Below are positions 55,271 to 64,000 of a DNA stretch of 64,000 bases, piece after piece. The DNA is from the human T2T-CHM13v2.0 reference genome, Homo sapiens: the NCBI RefSeq assembly GCF_009914755.1, contig NC_060926.1. One strand, written 5' to 3'. A program made the position numbers and the translations under genes. Below the pieces are notes generated by a model. It saw nothing but the letters and a program-made list of their open reading frames with translations. It ran no database searches and was not told the origin of the DNA. Position 1 is the stretch's first letter. Every line of letters begins with the position of its first letter.

Positions 55271-57538
55271 GACTTCTTTTTTTTTTTTTTTAATTATGAG
55301 TTTCTCCAAATTATGAAATTACAGAAGAAATTACAGAGACCTTTAGATCTTGAGTTTATTTTTTGCCCATTGCCTGGATAGGTGGTATGGTTTAGTGACT
55401 GTTCCTTTCTGAATATGCTGTGTTTTTAAAAGAATATGTTAAATAGGCTTATCTAGCAAGGATAGTTTCAAACAATGATATGTGTTACAACAAAATGGGA
55501 AAAATATAATTTCAGATCCTCTTGATATCTTATTCTCTTTAATCTAAAAGATTATTTTTAGCAGGATAAACTCTGCCACAATCTATTATGTGTCAATGTA
55601 AATGTGTAATGCCTGCATTATTAAAAAGATTTCCCAAAATGATGACTGACTCTATAAACATTCTTTTATGTGGCAATTTAGATGGAACTAAAGATCAATT
55701 TCATTGCATATTTTGTTTTCCATTTTGCTTAACTAAATAAGGTTAAACAGGTAACTCAGAGATTTGCATACTTAAGGTACAGACTATCCACATCACTTTT
55801 TCAAGATGATTTAATATAAGGCTCTGCTTCTCTTCTCATGCTCACAGTTATGCATCCAGAGGCTTGTAACTTTAAACTGAAGTAACGCAGAGATTCACTC
55901 TGAAGTTGAATAAAAGCAAGTACTTTTTAAAGTGGCTTTTTATCCTTTAAATATTTCCTCTGATCTGAAAGCATTCAACTTTTACATTTTAAGAGCAAAG
56001 ATAAAAAAGAAAAAGGTGGAGAGAGGATGGGTATCAGTTTAAAATGTCTTCCACCACGGATCCCATGCAGCCTTTCCAAACCTGGCTATGAAGACACAAA
56101 AACACAAGAAGAGCTAAAATGTTGCCTTCCTCCTATCCTCCAACTTACTATTTCCGGAGAAAATAACTCACAGACCTAGGCAGGAAAGGGAAGGTCCTGT
56201 GTGCTTATGTTGTGTATTTGGTTGGAGGTAGTTAGGGAAGGAGTGCTTGAGGAATTACACTAGCAGGAGCAAGTTTTGCATTTGGGGAGGTGTCATCCCT
56301 AGAAGAAAAGTTCTAGCGATCAAAGCTAGTAATAGGGCAGTGGCATGGAAAACCGTTGTAAGCAGCACAATATGTGCTAGGAGTTTAAACTTATCACATG
56401 TTCAATCAGTTCAGAATATGAAAGAACCAGCATTGAGTGGTTCTAAGTGAATATACTATTTATTAGAGAAAAGACAAAAGTATCCATAAAAGCCTTCATG
56501 GTACTAGGAATAAGAATAGAAGCATATAAACCAGTCCTAGAGATACAGAGCTGAGAACAAAATTAAATATTCACACAGAGTGACAGAGAACAGGGCAAAG
56601 GACTAAGGTTGTGAAGACAGATCTTGATTGTGAGGAGATTTACCTTGTATGATTACAGAAAAATCCAACATGGGGCTAATAATAATAAAAAGACGGAAGA
56701 GGGAAGGGAGGACGTTTGTAGGAAAAAAAGAAACATTTTTATAAAACTCATAAGAATAGCATACTTCTGAAAATAATCTAATGCAAAATCCAGAACAAAA
56801 TTTCAAGAAAAGTCAAACATTCTAAGTAGTTATTAATTATTGAGTAGTTGCTATGTATCAGTAAGTACTCCCTATTGAGTAGTTACTATGTATCAGAGCT
56901 GTTACAATATGTGGTATGTATTAGTTTATTTAATCCTCACAATAATCCCAGAAGATAATATTATCCTCTTTTTAGAAATGAGGAGCTTGCCCAGGGCCAT
57001 AAAGCTATTAAGAATTCAAAAAAACATAGCTAGTATGAGATTGGAGTAGAAATTTATTTCTTCAGTCAGATAAATAATAGGAGTATTGACTAGGGGGCAG
57101 GTACTGTTCTAGACACTTGGGATATATCAGTGGGGAAAAGAAAAGAATTCTGCCTTCAAAGAGCTTATGTTCTAGCAAGGTATATATTACCATGTAAGAA
57201 GGTAATGAGTTCTGTGAGGGCAGAAGAAAAATTAGTCTAAGATATTGAAGTTGGAAAGTGTATGGTGGGGGATGGAAATTAATGAACAGAGCCAAATTTG
57301 AGGTGGTTTCAGTAAGTCTGAGAATGTTTGCTTGTAATAAGATAATTTCATCCAGTCACATCTATTTTGTGAATCAATACATTTAGTCCTCCTTATGCCA
57401 TCAGATGCTTTCTGTTTTTTATGCTTTCTTGATGCTTCTTTCTTTCCTTACGTTTTGCTAACTAGCCCATTTTTTGTTATTTCTCTGGCTAAAGTATATT
57501 TTACTCTACTGATAGTTACCTTTAAATTATGTATATCC

Positions 57539-57855
<317 letters not shown>

Positions 57856-58361
57856 TTATGTATATCCTACATTTTTCTACCAATGTCAAGCATAGAAAGT
57901 AAGCTCCATAAGGCAAAGTCTTACACATGTCTTCTTTATTCTATCACTAAGCCTAAGACAATAGTAGGAGTATTACAGTAGATTTGTTCCATGAATGAAC
58001 AAATTAATAGTAAGTATTAACTACATAATCATAACTCTGCTCTGGGGTCAAAGATAGACTCTGGAAGGAAAAATAAAGATTAGAAAGTGAGTGCAGAAAA
58101 AAGTAGGAAAGAATGTTACAGAGGAGAGAGCCTTTATTCCAATCTTAATACAAATGCTGTGACCTTGAAAAGCTTATTCATCCTCTCTGTGCCTCCATTT
58201 TTTCACCTGAAAAACGGGGGAAGTGGATTAGAACTGTAGTTCATTATGAGCCACAGATCCTTTCAAGAAAATAAAGGCTATCAATTTTCTCCACAAAAGG
58301 ATTGTATGCATATATCATGAAAAATAATAAGTCAACATGTTTTATCCAATAATGAAACGGC

Positions 58362-58367
58362 TTTAAT
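58362..58367 (-). terminator. Probable polyadenylation signal (ATTAAA) of RAD51AP2
   Basis: ATTAAA on the minus strand ~200 nt after the stop. A more distal AATAAA lies at 58133-58138. Confidence 0.55.
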
Positions 58368-58564
58368 GTGTACATTTTTATATCATATAAAAATCCATAA
58401 AATATTTTATAACTTTGAAAGGTAATACCATAATTTATACACTCAAAAAAAAAAACTTCTCCACTTTATAATAAAGCAAGCCCCAAACCCCCAAGCTGGA
58501 AGAACATATATCCAAAGAAAACAAAACATTTCTAGATGTTGTAAAATGTTTTGAAATATGAAAG

Positions 58565-58774
<210 letters not shown>

Positions 58775-60998
58775 TTACTTCTAATCATGATATTAGCAAC
58801 TTTTACTGAATATTTACTGAGCACTTATTATTTATGTGCCAGACACTATACTTTAAATGCATTATTTTACTTATTTCTAGCTCCAGTTTTAAAATATGAA
58901 AAACATAAGCACAAAAAGTTAAGTAACTTGCCCCATAAAATATAGCAACTAAATAAAGTCAGCATTCCAATCAGGCAGTCTAACTTAACAACCATCACAA
59001 CAAAACCATATAGGTTTTAAAGCCAACTTGATGTTGTGGCTTTAAACACCAGGTCATTTTTTCTATTGGTAGCTAAACAACTATGCTGTATGGTTAATGG
59101 TTATGTTTGGTTTCTAATGGAGGTTATTGTCAATAATAGAACACAAATGCACTCCATCTATTATGCATCAATAGAGGGCTCTGAGTTGGAAGTTGTTATT
59201 TAACATTATACTATATCATTTTCGAAGATGTCCAAAACAGTTCATGGAGATACATACATCTGTTACTAAATCAGTTATGTAAAATCAACTACCTCTGATA
59301 ATAAAATACAATATCTCTAACTTTCAGGGTTTTTTAAATAAACTGTGGGGTACATATGTAAAACCAAACTGTGGGGTACATATATAAAACCAAAAATGTA
59401 AATCAAACTTTATTGAATCAGTATGACCTCAATATAATAGCCTGTTATACTAAAAACAGTGTAATCAAATGTTAAATCTGACAAAAGGTTAGCAGTATGA
59501 TTTTTACTAACCTGAACCAAAAAGAATCTGTATGTATCTATGTAAACTTTAATGAAGTAGAATACAGAATTAAGCTACATGTATAATAAACAGGGAGAAA
59601 AACAACACAAAATAGATAAAATCAGTTTATTATACTCTATTCAATATTAAAATTAGAAAATTAATTATTAAAGGTTAAAGAAAAATACATTATTGCTAGA
59701 TCTTTTAAAAACTTTGAAACACAAAGGGATTGTTTAAATAAGACAACATTGTTGGATCACAAGATCCTCCTCCATTGGTCTAAATGATATATAAAGCGCC
59801 AGTGAACTGGCTGGTTGGCATACAACATGTGCTCAAAATAATTTCAATACTGTACTTGCCTTCACACCACAGAGAGAAGAGAGAGATGGAAAGAGAGAAG
59901 GGATTCATTGAAGACATTTAGTAGTCAACGGAAACGTTAAGAGAAGAGGCATCATGATGGCAGGTGGGTGGGTATCAAAACTTTTCAGGATAACTGGGAT
60001 CTTTCTGATGCCTTTAAAATGACAGTGTATAAGCAGGCAACCACTCTAACTAGGCAGATCAGTAAAATCCATTCATATTAACCCCATTCCCCAGTATCTT
60101 CCAACTTTTCTCTTACACTGTGGATTTTAACAAGCCTCAGGATGATCATTCAACTTTTGTACCCTTTGAAAGTGAATCTACTTCCTAACATAGTATTAAA
60201 TAATTCTGGCTGAATTCATACATTATTTTTGACATTTCACAACATGTCATTTTAACTTGTGAAGGCAGAATCACATTGTTATATGGGTTTAGATATTTCA
60301 AACAAATGTAATGATTGCTTTTCCAATGTGCACACATACTTTATCTTCCTCCTATATCCATTTTATTATCACAATTATAATCACAATGACAGCATGAGGA
60401 TATACTCCTAATCTTCCTTTATTCTATATCAAAATATATTGCTAAGCCAATTTCTTCCTTTCTTTCTGCCCTAGAAGAAGCAAACCCTATCCTTTTCAGG
60501 CTAATTCTTGCCATACTACTTTTTGACTCATGGAGTATCGTTCCATCAGTTACTTCCTTCATCCCGGGGAGAAGAGACTACCTGTGGGCTTTGATCTTCC
60601 AATGTTTTGATTAATTTTTAAAACTATTTCATTGTAAGCTAAGAAAAGAGGAAAAGATACAATTCTGAGGTGACAATAAAAGTATCAGAGGTAACATTCT
60701 ACTGATTACGAGAATGCAGAAAAAATGTTTTGAGACATGATGCATGACTTAAGATGTTTTAGTAAATATATTTAACCTACAATGTTACTCTTTTTAGATC
60801 TAACCTTGTTGTATAATACCAGAAATTTCTGACCGGATTATAACTTTGCCTAGTTCCATAATTTCAATCCTACCCCTACCCTACACCCTTGGTACCACAA
60901 GGTGGAATGAATGTTAGACATACTGTGTTTTATTCTGATATTGTAGATCTGTTGGGCAAAAGATAAGGTTAGTTGTTTAATTTTTCTTTAGTGTGTGC

Positions 60999-61297
60999 TT
61001 TTTTTTTTTTTTTTTTTTGACAGAATCTCACTCTGTCGCCCAGGCTGGAGTGCAGTGGCTCAATCTAGGCTCACTGCAAGCCCCGCCTCCCGGGTTCACT
61101 CCATTCTCCTGCCTCAGCCTCCCATGTAGCTGGGACTACAGGTGCCCACCACCATGCCTGGCTAATTTTTATTATTTTTAGTAGAAATGGGTTTTCACCG
61201 TGTTAGCCAGGATGGTCTTGATCTCCTGACCTTGTGATCCGCCCACCTCAGCCTCCCAAATTGCTGGGGTTACAGGCGTGAGCCACCGTGCCTGGCC
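60999..61297 (-). mobile_element. AluY-like element in the RAD51AP2 last intron
   Basis: Poly(T) then reverse Alu with Y-type diagnostics (CTGCAAGC, CCATTCTCC, GTGTTAGCCAGGATGGTC). Confidence 0.92.
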
Positions 61298-61752
61298 TAG
61301 TTGTATTTTTAATGTAATCGAAAGTATAAACATCAGTCAAAAATCATGTTGACATGACTAAATGGCAAATATTTTTTATTCACATAATAAAATGTCCACA
61401 TAAAAGCTTCATAACAATGAGAAGCATAGAGCATGTTCTCTATCAGAGAGCATGGTCCCTATTACACATCTCTATTAGATGTGTAAACTAGGCATATGCA
61501 ACACTTAACATATAGTCACTTTAATACATCAATACAAATATCTGAACGTAGTTTTGCAGAGTGCATTTCCCAATAATATTCTAAATAGCATTTTAACTGT
61601 TACCAAATTTTTAATTATTAGAATTTATCAGTATAATATTAATGCTCTTAAAAGGTGCTAAAACTTTGTATTTATTTTGAACAACATGAATATCTATACT
61701 TTCCTCATACTAAAAATACCATAATGCAATAATCATCTTAGAAGTTATCCTA

Positions 61753-61893
<141 letters not shown>

Positions 61894-62076
61894 TTATATA
61901 AAATATTAATGGTATAAACAAATTATATTTTCAGAAATATTTCCTTCAGTTGGCTCCTAATATTTAGAAAAATGAAGTAGGACTCTTCAAAGCTCCTTTT
62001 TAAAATTAACTTGTTTCCTTCAACTTCAGTATATTATTGAACATTTGAATACATCTTTATGAGAAAATAGTGTGCA

Positions 62077-62785
<709 letters not shown>

Positions 62786-62895
62786 AGAAAATAGTGTGCA
62801 TCAATAAACATTGTCTTGCATTTTATCTCTACCTTCCTTCTTTGTTGTCAAAATTATACATTTGGCCTACACAGAAAAAAGCAGTAATTTTTCTA

Positions 62896-64000
<1,105 letters not shown>

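Overview
Primate (human-like) AT-rich genomic DNA, not prokaryotic: it has Alu, L1PA, MER11 and THE1 elements and spliceosomal introns. About 58 kb is repeat-rich intergenic sequence. The last ~5.7 kb holds the 3' part of RAD51AP2 on the minus strand: the tail of a very large coding exon running off the window edge (62931->64000), an 81-nt exon (61773-61853) and the terminal exon (CDS 58565-58716) encoding the RAD51AP1-like motif [15 protein letters not shown]. The splice junctions join in frame. The first visible intron contains a 5'-truncated, antisense NACA processed pseudogene with a 15-bp TSD, itself split by an Alu. That Alu and an opposite-orientation AluY bracket the symmetric 81-nt exon. 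Other notable structures: an L1PA7 with a 5' inversion (twin priming); a second L1PA7-like copy with an unusual run of internal deletions; an ERVL-type LTR hit twice within ~25 bp (L1PA tail and MER11 solo LTR); an L1 5'/ORF1 block inside another L1's ORF2; a ~350-bp polypurine tract; and a (TG)n/(CA)n quasi-palindrome. Nearly all ORFs in the supplied track are repeat-derived or chance. I see no convincing new multi-gene system; the best leads are RNA-level and retrotransposition-mechanism hypotheses. Repeat subfamily names come from recalled consensus features, not a database search, and boundaries of old repeats are approximate.
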